DNA of 64,000 nucleotides from the NCBI GenBank assembly GCA_002633005.1, contig NMRA01000003.1, forward strand, positions 2,040,727-2,104,726. Direction: 5' to 3'. Shown piece by piece: positions 51,575 through 64,000 of the stretch (position 1 is its first letter; each line of letters opens with the position of its first letter). The notes under the pieces were generated by a model. That model made no database searches. It was not told where the DNA came from and worked only from the letters and a program-made list of their open reading frames with translations. The position numbers were made by a program, and so were the translations under genes. The stretch is from Phoronis australis (Eukaryota > Animalia > Phoronida).

Positions 51575-53515
51575 CAAAAGCGCATGGTTACGTGACCACG
51601 AGAATGGCACAGTATTGTGAATGACATGATTACATTCCTAGCTTACAACAAATAAACTTTCAATGCAACTCATGCTCGCATAAATCCATTTGGGCCAAAC
51701 GATTTTCGCGACCACAGTTACGTGCAATGCTGATGTTCACTGATATGATGCACGAGTTTTAGGCTGCTATGTTTAAACAACTGCGAGCAACGCTGAGCGT
51801 TGAAATGCACCCACGAATGGATCACAAATGGTGTGCTTTTAGGATTATTTATTTGCATAATAAAAATGGCCACTAGATGGCGCAAAAACGTACAATCCAT
51901 CCAAAACACAAGGAACTTCAGAGAACCAATGGAACCCAGAATAAAATGAAATTGCCACTAGTGGGCACAGCGTCCGTTGGATCCGTCTGAAAGTCGTCGT
52001 CGTCATCTTCATATATTAATACACTCATTATGGCGTTTTCTCGTTGCTCCCAACTTGTTTGATTCTACAGCCCAACAACAAGTTGGGAAGATCACCCCTG
52101 TAGCCAATATCTTACACGACTGATTAACTCCACTCTAGCATTTATGGTTGGAGGGCCCGCTCTCTCTTGTTCGATAATTACTCTAATCTCCGATCAGATT
52201 GTATCAGCCTGACTAGGATGTGCTGCTAAAAATGAAAGTTAAGTTATAACACATTTGAACATAAACCAATAGCATTTCTGAATTCCTTGTCAAATGCTGA
52301 TCATGTTTAGTTTTTGAATCACCAAAATCGCCCAACTACAACAGAAGTTAACACAATCTATTCTGCCTGGTTTCAGTAACCCTTTGAAGACTGGGAAATA
52401 ATTGGCCTGCTTGTTGTCATAGGGAACAAAAGACTGTGCTGGGCAGTTACCAAAGGAGCCAGATGTTATCGCACGCTCAGAACCCCTCCCGTCTGGAAAA
52501 GTTGCTGAACGACAGAACGCTGTCATGTACCAAATTTAATAAAGATCCTGCAGTGGGTTTAGGAAATACAGCTATGGGCACAAAACAAAACAAAACTACC
52601 ACTAGGAGGCACCACAGTAGTCAGTCTCCATCATCAAACGTCTTCTTCACACTGAGAACATAATACACCAATTTTAAAAACTATCCCTAGAATTATTTGG
52701 TTGATAGAGGGAAGGACGCCAAAAACAAGATTTGAAAACAGCAAAAATGATCACTAGGTGGCGCAAAATAACTCGATTCCATCCAAAAACAGAAGGATAG
52801 CGTCATCTCACCAACGGATGCCTATATTCAAAATTTTATGAAATCTGTTCAGGACCTTTGAAGATACAGAGGTAAACGTAAAAAACTAAAATTGCCAGTA
52901 GGGGAGACATCAGTAGTCAGATCCATCTGAAAGTCGTCGTCGTCCGTTGTCAATGTCATATAAATAAACTTGCTAAATTAAGTAAAGATCCTGCAAACGG
53001 TTTAGGATATACAGCCATGAGCGCAAAAAAACAAAACTGCCACTAGGAGGTGCCACAGCAGTCAAAGTCGTTGGAAAAACATCGTCAGCTGTCCAATTCA
53101 TACATACAGCCAAATTTTCACAATTATCCTGAAAGCGGTTTGCTTGATAGACAAGTGGAAGCCAACAGTAAAAATGGCCACTAGGTGGTGCAAACTACGT
53201 CAAATCCATCTGAAAATGGTGAGGTAGTGTCACCTTATTAACAGATGCGGGTATGCCAAATTTCATGAAAATCCTAGAAGACTTTTAAATATACAGAGGT
53301 AAACATAAAAAACTAAAATTGCCACTAGGGGGCACACTGGTAGTCGGATCTGTCCAAAGGTTCGCTCATGCTGTCCCATCAACTGAAGAAAGACATGAGC
53401 AAAATTTCATGAGCATACATCAAGGCTTTTTGGAGACAGAGCAGTGGACGCCTGGATGCCGGACGGAGATGACGACATAACGCATCCATATATAAATATG
53501 TGGGCGCATAAAAAG
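51575..53515. mobile_element. Helentron-type non-autonomous element (HINE/DINE-1-like) with an internal ~144-bp tandem array, interrupted at ~52030-52530
   Basis: Units with (A)CCAAATTTCATGAAAATCC and AAAAT(T/G)GCCACTAG; end shows a GGACG microsatellite remnant, then the hairpin CGCATCCATATATAAATATGTGGGCG, then AAAAA. Left boundary approximate. Confidence 0.65.
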
Positions 53516-56500
53516 CTTAATTCATGTCATCGTATGAAAAACTGTGAAGGTAGTGTGAATGAATCCACTGTTCAGACAAATGTCCAGCCCAGACTTCTGA
53601 AACATTTTTAAGCGCCCGCCCTCGCTTCACCCCCTAATTTTCAATTTCTCAATTTAATCACTCTTAGCATTAACCCAGAAGAGCACAGTACTTTGTCTCA
53701 ACTCACCCTTAATGCACATCAAAGATAGCTCTTACTATGCCAAGGACACAGCAGCAGAAACTTAAAAATAATGCTTCTGTACCAACAAGTGATTTGTACA
53801 ATGTGAAAATAAATAGTGACTATTACCTGTGATGCGCCTTAAATGAACACAACCCTGCATTAAATGTTACAAACAGTAAGGGAAGATGATGAGACTGGAC
53901 ACACGTCAATGACCTGGGAGAAATAATTTAATCAACAAAGTCATGCACCTGCTAGCAACTGAGGCAGCCATCATTAGCAGAAACCAAACAAATGCACAAA
54001 TTCAAAATATGACTACTATAAGCAAATTTTATCTGTTGAAATTTTGTAGCTGGAGACAACAGGTTTGCTTTTCTAGACACCAGCAGGTGGGTCTATCAGG
54101 AAGTGCTTCCTTACTCTTACATGCCAAGAACTGACACTTGGCTTACCTCAAAATCTAACTGCTGCCTGGTGGTTTAGTAATTGGCCCACCTAGTACACCC
54201 AGCAGAATTAATGAGGAACATTTCATTGTAAAAATAAACAAACCTTTTAGGTTGTAAAAATCACACTTCTCGTCCAATTCTCAAAATTCGAAAAACTTAA
54301 TCACGGACTTCCAAAATGAAAATTTAAAAATACTATTGTTGCCCCCCCACAATATGTTTATGATGGGTCATTAGTTGGATGAGAACATCAGCAGCCCTTG
54401 GCAACAACAGCATGGTGTCTTTGATCTAAACCAGCAGATTATGTGGTATGCAAACCAGAGGAGTTGCCCAATCTCGACCGGTTAGGGTTTCAACCGAACA
54501 TAGGATTCATGTATGCACCCGAAAGTCACGCGTGTTCTTAAAACTTTGCACTCTTCACTAGAAAAATCTGCCTTTGTGGTGAACATGCACACAAAAAACA
54601 CATTACATAACTGCACTCTTATTATTACTTGCTGGTTTTTAACATGTGATCTCATTTTCACATGAACAGCACTTTAAACCAGCTCAGTCCTTCAACATGG
54701 CTGGGCTTTGTAAAACTTACCTCATTACTGTAAAAGCTTTATGAGAGGCAAAAGGCACCAGTAAACAAGTTCAATGTCAGTCAAGGAGTTAAGGGGAATA
54801 CCATTCACAGAATGTTCAGTAAATTTATTAGCATGGAAAGATATCAAAGAGAATAAATGTAATGACATTCGTTTATACCGAGGTTGACTGGCATATCTTT
54901 AATAACCACAGGCTAAATGTCCACAATAAAAATTTATGTCTTGGCACGGAACCATTTATGCCGTCATAAAACGACATTAACACGTTTTATACTCCATAAC
55001 TACAGAAACAATGAGCAACATCTATGGTATTAAACTGACATTTTATTTGTGTAACCTTTTCTAGAGAAACCACAGCAGTTAGGCAGGACACGCCCATAAA
55101 TCAAACTTCCATTCATGAACAGCTTGAAAAAGTGGCCAGGGATAGGTTCTGGTTCTCACAGAAAGCACCAAGAAAATGTTAGCACAGATAAAAGAATGAA
55201 TAGCAACTGGCAACACTGTGACATTAGTGTGCAGTATCAGCAATAAAAAGTCAGAAGTGTTAATTGATGAGAGACCTGCATTCACTATGTCTTCCCCATG
55301 GCAATGGATGACCAGACATTTAATTTAGGTCTCAAAACGAAGACCCATAGAGTAAGGTAGCTTAATTTAGGGTTAGTTTTTAGACAGAAAAGAGAAGGCG
55401 CACATGCTAATAAGCAGGTGAGAATCAATTTTTTAGACTTTTCAATGACAATATCTGGGAATATGACAATAAATCATTACATTATGCAGGTTATTTTACA
55501 TGGATTTTATGGGAACATTACAGATAACTCCCATTTAGTCTGACTGTATTCCATGGCTGGCTTTCAGAGGCCTGATATCAATCTTTCTTTTGTTAATTGT
55601 CAAGCTCAGTCTTTCATCAGATGTCACAAGGTAAATGCCAATTATCTACCATCGGAATAAATACATTAATGTCAACACGCATCCACTCAAAACTGTTGTC
55701 AACAAATAAAAACCTATGACAGTGTTTTGGCCTATTTTTAGCATATTCCTTTAGCGAGAGAAAGAATCTACACTAACTTTTCATGAGGGATTCAATTTCA
55801 GAAGCCAAACACATTAAAAAACTACCAGATTCTGTCCTTGACATTTCAAAAAGCAATCATGAGAAAATCTCAAATAACTCTAGAATAGTAAATAATGTAA
55901 TGAGAAATGGAGCGACTTATTGTGGGTAAGATCTTGACGAGGCCTTCGTGTAACAAGTTTCAGAATGATTCATCAAAGGCTGCAAATGCTGAGGATGTCG
56001 TAAAGAGAAAAATAGAAAAATTGTCATCATGCAGCGATCCTTGAGCAATTTATCAGACACGGGTTGTGTGTGAATTTCTTATTACCGTACAACAAATACC
56101 GTACAAGAAATACAGCCTGTAGATTGGGAATAAAAATGAAAAAAAATTACGACAGAATAACATATTTGGTAAAAGAATTTGCCGAGAAGTTGTAGTATTG
56201 CTCTGTAATGTAGGTTGCTAAACAACCACAGATTTGTCATTCAATCATCCATGAACTATTTTAAGATTATTTCACTCACTGATGTTTTGCTTTTCAATCA
56301 CTTTATCTTGATCTACGAACTACTATTATATTTGTAACATTTTCTAATAATACCAAAGATAAATCAGAAACTGGACCTTATTTCAATAAAAATAAATTAC
56401 GGACCTTGCAAGAAAAAGCCCCATTATTTTCAATAATCCTATCAATCTGACAGAGAGTTTACTCTAAGCATCTATCAAAGCTGAAAGATCGACTTAAGTA

Positions 56501-59500
56501 ATGAAAATGAAATAGCAAAAGAAGGAACAATAGTGCCCAAAATTTAGGAAACATAGTCAAGTCCCTTAATATAGGACTGTTTCATGCAACAGATCACAGC
56601 TATATTTTAAGATTACAATAACTATCCGCAACATTTTAGGTTTCATTTAACCATGGCAGTCTTTAATCCCTCTGCCTTTTACTTAAAAAAATCTGATGGT
56701 TCAACCAAACAACAGACCACAGTACCACACAAGGGCTGGGCTGTTGTGCACCATTTTCTATGATCTACCTTTGGATTGGGTCATACATTGGTTGACTGAA
56801 AGTATAAAGGTACAATACAGTAAGATGAAAGACTAGTGAAATAAAAGTAATTAAAAGGATAAGAACAATTAAATTCTATGACTACAAGGACAGCAATTAT
56901 TTTGACATTCGTCAGTTTCCCAGCAGCCCATGAAGTTAATTATTTCCATATTTGAATGTCGCCATTTCTGCTGAGCTCAACTTAAGGACCATGCCTTTTT
57001 CCAATTTTCAGTTTAAACATTCTGGACATTGACTTGAACTCGCAGAAATTAATAAAAGAAACATTTTGAAATATTGTTTTGACTTTCATTTGCTGTATAA
57101 CACAGCAATTTTCATTAGTTGTAAGAGAAAAGGCACTACAAACACTTGGTCTCTTAAAGCACACCAACATAAGAGCATCAAGTATCAACCTTTGTGTCTT
57201 ATATTGACAACTTGACCGACATACAAAATGAACCTACCAGCCTAATCTCAGTACAATTGCACAGTGAATTGTCAATAAGCGATAAGCCAGTAAACTCGGT
57301 CAGTTGAAAAAAGATTGATGTTCAACTGAGAGTGCCAAACCAGTTTAAAGGCTGATTGATCACAGACTTTATGAAATATCAATTTCACTATCAAAATAAT
57401 AACTTAAATAAACTCTGAGTATGGTTTCGTAATTAAGATGTAATCCATCACCAACATTTTCACCAAAGCATCATTTTACATGTGATCAGGTAATCATGGC
57501 TACTGAAGTAAATATAACTTCAAAATAAATGTCTCAAAACCGCTTTAAATTGGTAATGGAATAAGTGACTGATACTCATTATGTGCTTGAAATATTTTTT
57601 CATTTAAAAAGAAAATTGATCATGTTACATTCCTCTTAGAAACACAGTATATAGACGAGACACTATCAGAGCATTATGTGATGGGGCCCGACAGGGGAAG
57701 CAATCACTTTTCATGGTATGTTTGCTCAATTACAGAGACCCTGGTTACGTTGGAGGGATATTTTTTTTCGGGTTACCCAAATTGCTGTTCACCTTAACAG
57801 CAAGAACCTTGCGAAAACGCAACATCATATAAGTCTTCATGAGATATTGCCATGCATTACAAGCGAAGGGGTGATCACACAAGCTTTCCATTGTTTTGAG
57901 GCTATGGAACACTGCCAGCAAACGCCATCATTTTTGTTCTGCCTTCACTTCCAGAGATTGACCTAACATGAGTGACCACCACATACTTAGGATCAACATT
58001 AAGTTGGACACAGTGTATGCTCAATGAAAGTGAATGCAAAATGGTTGCTTTGCCCTTTAAAATCCCAACCCAAAAATGGCTGTTAAGTTGTGATCTTTAA
58101 GTTAGTGAAGAAGGGAAATGGATTATGGGTAACGGCAGTAAAACTCGACAAAGTCTGCGAGCGCCCATGAATTATAGTTAATCACAGTGCTAACAATGAA
58201 ATATTGGCAATAAAATGAATCAAACATATTTATTTTATGTGCTATACTGCTTTATTTATGGACAATTTGTCGAACTTCAGCCAACATCAAAGGGTAGCGC
58301 ATAGATTTACAAATTTATGGAGGATATTATTGTCAAAGACAACTGCCAATTTACCTAGTTTCACACAGGCAAAACAAGTACTAGTCATAAATCTTAAGTG
58401 GAAAATTTTGCTTATCACAAGCAACAAATCAAAATTATCGGCTCAACTCAATGAGAAGGACACAAAGTCTAACAACAAAAATGAAATATCAGTATTTAAG
58501 AAGGATTAAACCAACATTAGCATAAGCTACTGCTATCACGCCTAGATTAAAACTTTAGTACAAGATTGAATGCCGTCAGGTTGAAAAATGACATTCAAGC
58601 AACACGTGCCACCCCCTAGACTATTTGTTGTTCAAAATAGCCTAGAATTTCATTCGGCATTCAGAAAATGAAACACGAAATGCATGGCAGATACTGAGCC
58701 CTGTTTTACACAAGGTCACGCCCAGTGTACTCGAAATTACCTCATCAAGAAATCAAACCCAATGAACAATGTCAACCACAATAACCAACGTCTATGGAAA
58801 GTGATCAACTTCATATAAGCAAAATCACAGCTATGATTCCAGAATAGCCCTGGCGCTGTCGTAATCACAGTCACGTGGTGATAAAAGTGATTTTCAAAAT
58901 TGCTGCAGCAATTTTCAGAACCACTGCATTGATAACAGTAGAAATCTGTAAAAAATGGAATGGTTTTGAAAACTCATGTCACCTTACTGTACATGGCGTA
59001 ATTAGTTTTTCTATAGATTTGAGTCACAGAAGAAACTCAGACATCACTGCTGAAACGTGATACAGCACTGTGCCATATTTAGGTTCACTGTGCCAGTAGG
59101 TTCATTGATGATCCCAAATAAGCTTTGAAATCGATGCCTTTGTATTGGTCTATTGATAACCTTAAAAACGTTGGCATGAAACAGTAGCAGCTAGAAGGGG
59201 ACCACAGCATAGAAGGCTTTCTAAAATTCTCCCAGTGACCCTGGTTCATACTAACTGCCTTCTGGATCTGCCCCTGTTCAACTACCCAGGAGAAATGTTG
59301 TTCACAGAGTGCTGAACATGGTAGCATATGGAGTAGTTATGAGGGCAAATGACTGGACAGATTGGCTTACTATTACACAACAGCGTAAAATAGATTAGGT
59401 AGGGTTGACCACATCTAAGAGCATCTTCCCAACTGCTTTTTCACGCACTTTACTTTTGTCAGTAAGTGAACATGAGTTGTGGTAACTGTGATTTAACGAG

Positions 59501-59611
59501 CTCATAGACATGACATTTTACTCACAAACTCTGGGAAACTATAAAGTAATATGCAATGAGATATTAGGTTGTACATGAACCAACACATTACTTATACCAA
59601 CATGTTTAAAG

Positions 59612-59900
59612 CCTGGGGTCACTCATATTGACAAGGTGACTGCATGCATGTACCAAAAATTTTGGGTAGCAAGTTTTGCGGGACCCATGTGGTGTTCAGT
59701 AGGTACCTAAATTTCCATTTCGTCCCCGCAGAAGGGGTGCAGCAGAAAAAATTCCCTCACAAAAGGGGATGAGACAGAGAAAAATCTACCTGGCAGAAGG
59801 GGTGGGAATAAGAATACCTGGCACCCACAATACGGGGTCTCTCAGCAATTTTTGGCACACGCCTGCACGCACCATGTCAATATGAGTGATCCCATTGGGG
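59612..59900. mobile_element. MITE with ~48-bp TIRs
   Basis: GGGGTCACTCATATTGACAAGGTG..TACCAAAAATT vs AATTTTTGGCAC..CACCATGTCAATATGAGTGATCCC. Confidence 0.85.
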
Positions 59901-61164
59901 TTTAGAGAGATGGGATGGTACTGCGGAGATTAATGGACAGTTTTGGTGAAAGTGAATGATCCTTTAATTCCCTACTGAAAAAGCTACATGTTAGAATAGT
60001 TGTAGTTATGTGCAGCTGGAATCAATTAGAATATAATACCTTTGAGGAAAAGGAAAGTGTGCTAATTTCTAACCATCAGAAAAATGAAACTCCCAGGCTT
60101 AATGGGGAGATCATGCATTGCACTTTAAGATAAAAGAGAAGCTGGCATGAAAAGAGAGCAGGAGATGACCTCTGCAAAGAATAAGGCCTGCACAAACGGG
60201 TGATAACTTGATGAAGAACGACACCTTGTTAAAACTACCATTATGACAAATGCATCGCAATTAGAACTTCCTGACTATTGTTGACAACCTATCAGTTTTC
60301 ATAAAACTCAAGATTACAACACAAGTGCCATGCAGAACACGCTGGTACAACGCGCCTCCCTTCTCCAGCTTCCCTGAATCGCAAGTTGACAGAAAATTCA
60401 ATCACGCAAAACTTAGAAATGTCAAATTTGCACGGATGAACAAGTCCATGAAAAAGAGTGTTAATTTGTTAGAGAAAAGCGTATAGGCTGTTCTTTGCTA
60501 CTCTGGCATGTGAAATGACAGACTGATGACCATCACCTCACTCATGACCAAAGTTGCTCAATCTCCCTACTTATACTGGTAGTATTGTTGAGTCACTGTT
60601 GGAGACAGTGGAACTGAAGACCAGCTCCCCATTCAAGTTTCACTGCACTCTTTAGGGGGTTTTAATTAAGATCCTTCTGATAAGCTTTGGCTACACCAGT
60701 CAAGTCACCACATTGTGACAGTAGAAATTGGAACAAGAGTAGAAATTGGAACTAGTCAACAAAGGAACAGCACCTGCAATGCGAGATATTTATTCTTTCT
60801 CATTTCTTTTATTGTAGTTAACTGAATTTTGCCCCTCAGCTAATAAAAAAGTTCAATTTTCAATGATGGGTTTCGTTTTTAGTCAGCAGTATCTAAATGG
60901 GTAGGGAAAATGTTGCCAGCAGCAGCCTGGTTCCATAATAATCCCCAAACAAGAGAATGTGATCACAGTCCAAACATTGCCTTATGTGGTGAAAATAAAC
61001 TCAAGGGTTACAATTAAAGCTGTAGGAGCTTTAACAAAGGTTTCGTGATAACTCTCATTTGGCAATTATATTTTCACATTTTCTACCTCATCACATTTGC
61101 TTTTGGCTAAAATATGAGTACCAACTTTAAAATATCCGCGCATACATTAATTAGTAGTTAATTA

Positions 61165-61208
61165 TTAGTTGACGTTTCGGTTACCACTAAACCATTCTCA
61201 AGACAAAT
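61165..61208 (-). ncRNA. Minimal hammerhead ribozyme variant (Penelope-like element type)
   Basis: Minus strand: GUC-UUGAGAA-U-GGUU[UAGUGGU]AACC-GAAAC-GUC; U3-A8 covariant core, 4-bp stem II, palindromic ACGU stem III; stem I weak. Confidence 0.55.
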
Positions 61209-61419
61209 GAGAGCTTCATTGAATGTGAATGGTAATTAGTGATAATAAACTGAAACCTTGACTAATACAATGTCTTTGTTTATGTACCCACTAATTTTAA
61301 AGATCACCTCATACATACTGTGAACTTGTCAATTGCAAAAAATTCCTGCATTTAAAGCTGCACCTTTTCATGTAATTTGTATAAATAGATTTCACTGTCA
61401 CTCCGTCCAATTGCTTGTT

Positions 61420-62318
61420 TAGTTCAAAGTTAACTATGACTTGGCAAAATATATTTCGTTATGCTTGCACTCTACAGGTCGCATCTTTCGTCGGATCCAC
61501 ACGAAATTTACGTACAACTTGTAGATCCGGAAGTGCTAAAAGCCTATAGTTTTTAGTCATGATCGGATCCAAGATGGCGGACGTGGTGGCCATTTTGTTT
61601 TCGATTTCAGATTCAAATGCTCAGAGGCCGCATTTTTTGACATACCGAGCCGAAATTTGGCACAGATATGAAACTATACAGGTACTACAGGTATGCGTGG
61701 AATTATGAACTTCCGGTTAAAGATGGCAGGAATATCGGCCAAAGCGCATACACACTTTGATTTCGAGTAAAAAACATTTTGTCTTGTACAGAGCGCAACA
61801 TAAGCTCAAATGCTTCGAAACTTCTCATGCCTAAGTATTTTATAGCAGGCTATTATCAAGTGCTGGTCAACCGGAACTAGTTCTCAAAATGGTGGATTTG
61901 AGGCATTTTGACCCATTTTCAATCGTGCTAGGGTGCCATTTTAAACGGGAAGAGGAAATGACGTAAATTTTTGCATGTAGATTCTCTGCAGTATGTAATT
62001 TCGAATGAACTATAACAATTTTTTACTCAAACTTACCGTTTTCAAGTTATTTGATGTTGTTCATCATCGCCACCATCATCATCATCTCCATCGTAGTCAT
62101 CATTTCCGTCGTCATCTTTTCAGTTAATTTCGCTAAGTGTCGCTCAGGACTAGCCTCAATTCTTACTGATTTTTTACATCTTCGCTAGTCATATGAATGT
62201 CATCATGTTGTTCATACTGGCCACCTTCATCATCATAATCGTCAGCGTCATCATGATCTCCATCGTCGTCTTTTCAGTTAATTTCGCCAAGTGTCGCTCC
62301 TCTGAGCACTCTCGTTTA
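61420..62318. mobile_element. Helentron-type non-autonomous element with a duplicated 3' end
   Basis: Subterminal inverted repeats ACTTGGCAAAAT (61439) / ATTTCGCCAAGT (62281); 3' hairpin GCTC-CTCT-GAGC then TCTCGTTT; internal GAAATTT/CAAGATGGCGG..GCCATTTTG units; (CAT)n tracts; CpG-rich relative to its flanks. Confidence 0.7.
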
Positions 62319-62659
62319 TTTTAGCTTTTTGACACCAGCTGGGATCTAAATTCTCCAGCTTTATCATTGGCAGACACTGGCTTTGTCACAGATACTTCTT
62401 TGCAGATGGAAGTGTATGTTACAGGACGTCCTCACTCATCAATTGATATTTGAAAAAGTTTGCCTTTTTTGGAAGGCATTATGGTACATCACACAGCAGA
62501 GAATTTTTTCACAGTGTCATTCATTTTAGCTGACAGCTTTCCCTGTTTTCCAATCCCTAAACAAAAGAAGTCAGTCATAAAACTCAGGCATTGTGGTAAG
62601 TGGCTATTGTAATCCCAACCTGAGTGAGAAGCATTATTTTGTAGTTGCTGATTGGGATG

Positions 62660-62980
62660 TAGCACCTAATGCGCAAAATGAGTTGACTACAATGAACTGG
62701 AGTGAATACAGGTGACGGTCAAGTGCGAAGTAAGCTCCATGTTCGCAGAATTGACGAGGCTTGGGCCTGAGGATGCCATGGCTCTGCGACCTGGCTCAGG
62801 TGCGACAAGTTGGGAATCAAGATGTCGCGCCTAATGAGCGATGAAAACGAAGTTGACTACAATGAATTTTAGTGAATACAGGTGATGGTAATGAGTGAAG
62901 TAAGCTCCTTGTTCGCAGAATTGACGAGGCCTGGGGCTGAGTTTGCCATGGTTGTGCGACCTGGCTTAGGGGCTACACAT
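62660..62980. repeat. ~170-bp diverged tandem duplication
   Basis: GTTGACTACAATGAA..AGTGAATACAGGTGA..GAAGTAAGCTCC.TGTTCGCAGAATTGACGAGGC..GCCATGG..TGCGACCTGGCT twice. Confidence 0.9.
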
Positions 62981-64000
62981 TGAGCGAAAATATAGATAAA
63001 TGATAAGGTTTGGTTTGTTTTTAATCGACGTTTTTAGTCCATGCACTAGGAAAAACGTTTGCAGAAATTTGAAATAATTACTGACTAGACTGAACAGGTC
63101 TGGTCTTTTTTAAAGCTGGAAAATGGCATGTAGGCAAGGTTTGAAATGCTGTGATTTGCCAAGTGGTGAATAAAAAAACCAAAACTTGCATCATTATTGC
63201 ATGTCTCAAGTGGATTTTCTTTTCTGAAAAACTTGCACATGAAAAATATCGCACCACCAGCAAAACAACACAGGTCAAAACCAAATACGCAAAGTTAGGA
63301 CACATGGATTGTACTTTAAGTTCAGCTCCTCCCTTAACAACAAGCCACTAAACACTTGCCAATTTGTAACACACTACTGACAGTCTGAATTTCATATTTC
63401 TACGCTGGCAATTAACATGTACTGTCCATGATTTCCACATCAATGTAAGATCAGAGAAGAAAAACATGTTGATTAATGAAATGACTGATTTTGTCGTGAT
63501 TCTAACATACCATATTTCAAAAACTTCTTGTCAGGTTGTCTCAGCGGTATGCAAATAAGAGCAGTAAATCTTTTTAATGAAAATTCATTGCCGTCTTTGA
63601 AGTCAATATGACTGACCCTGCTATTCCTTAACAATCTATCATACTCAACACTGGCTAAATCAGCGGAAACAATAGTTTTGTAGCAAATATATCATCTGCC
63701 CAGATACTGAGTGGACGTCTCCAAAGATGATCTTAACAGCATGTTAATTTATAGCAAAAACACTAATGATTCCATCTATCACCCAAGCACCAAACTGAAG
63801 ACCAGAGTCATATGTGTTTCCTGTGTTAATGATGTATTGCTTGTCTTCACATATCATTGCGTAGGCCAGGCCTCATTTACATTTTCTCAGTAATTTGAAC
63901 TCAAAGTGAAAATACGTAAGTCCCCCCAGGCACTTTCAAATGATCCAGTAAGTGCCTAAAAGACCACAATTCTAACCACATGTAAAAAATTTAACAACTT

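Noticed and set aside
19400-64000. LRMDA/C10orf11 bystander exons expected from vertebrate ZNF503 synteny
   Set aside because: No recognisable LRR or C-terminal SEGNRFI-type peptide was found by eye; needs tBLASTn

Overview
Repeat-rich, intron-containing animal genomic DNA, probably a marine invertebrate; the NET protein style and repeat types suggest a lophotrochozoan, which is an inference. Two genes are supported. (1) A minus-strand multi-exon SLC35F3/F4-like DMT-family transporter with 4 phase-consistent exons at 644-4256, continuing off the left edge. (2) A complete two-exon plus-strand NET-family (ZNF503/ZNF703/Noc/Elbow) zinc-finger repressor, 17188-17250 joined to 17439-18833, 485 aa, with a CCAAT/CRE/PBX-MEIS-rich promoter. 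The remaining ~45 kb has no recognisable protein gene. It holds many MITEs (several CA..TG-ended families with exact 5-bp TSDs, and 26-30 bp micro-elements with 8-bp TSDs), tRNA-derived SINEs, two Helentron-type non-autonomous elements and short tandem repeats. The most interesting observations are a transposon-borne array of about eight co-oriented CTCF-consensus motifs (51.9-53.3 kb), a Penelope-type minimal hammerhead variant (~61.2 kb), a tandem triplication of a splice donor in the transporter gene, and an apparent CpG-rich to CpG-poor switch near 35 kb. No novel multi-gene system could be demonstrated. All calls are from reading by eye, with no searches run.
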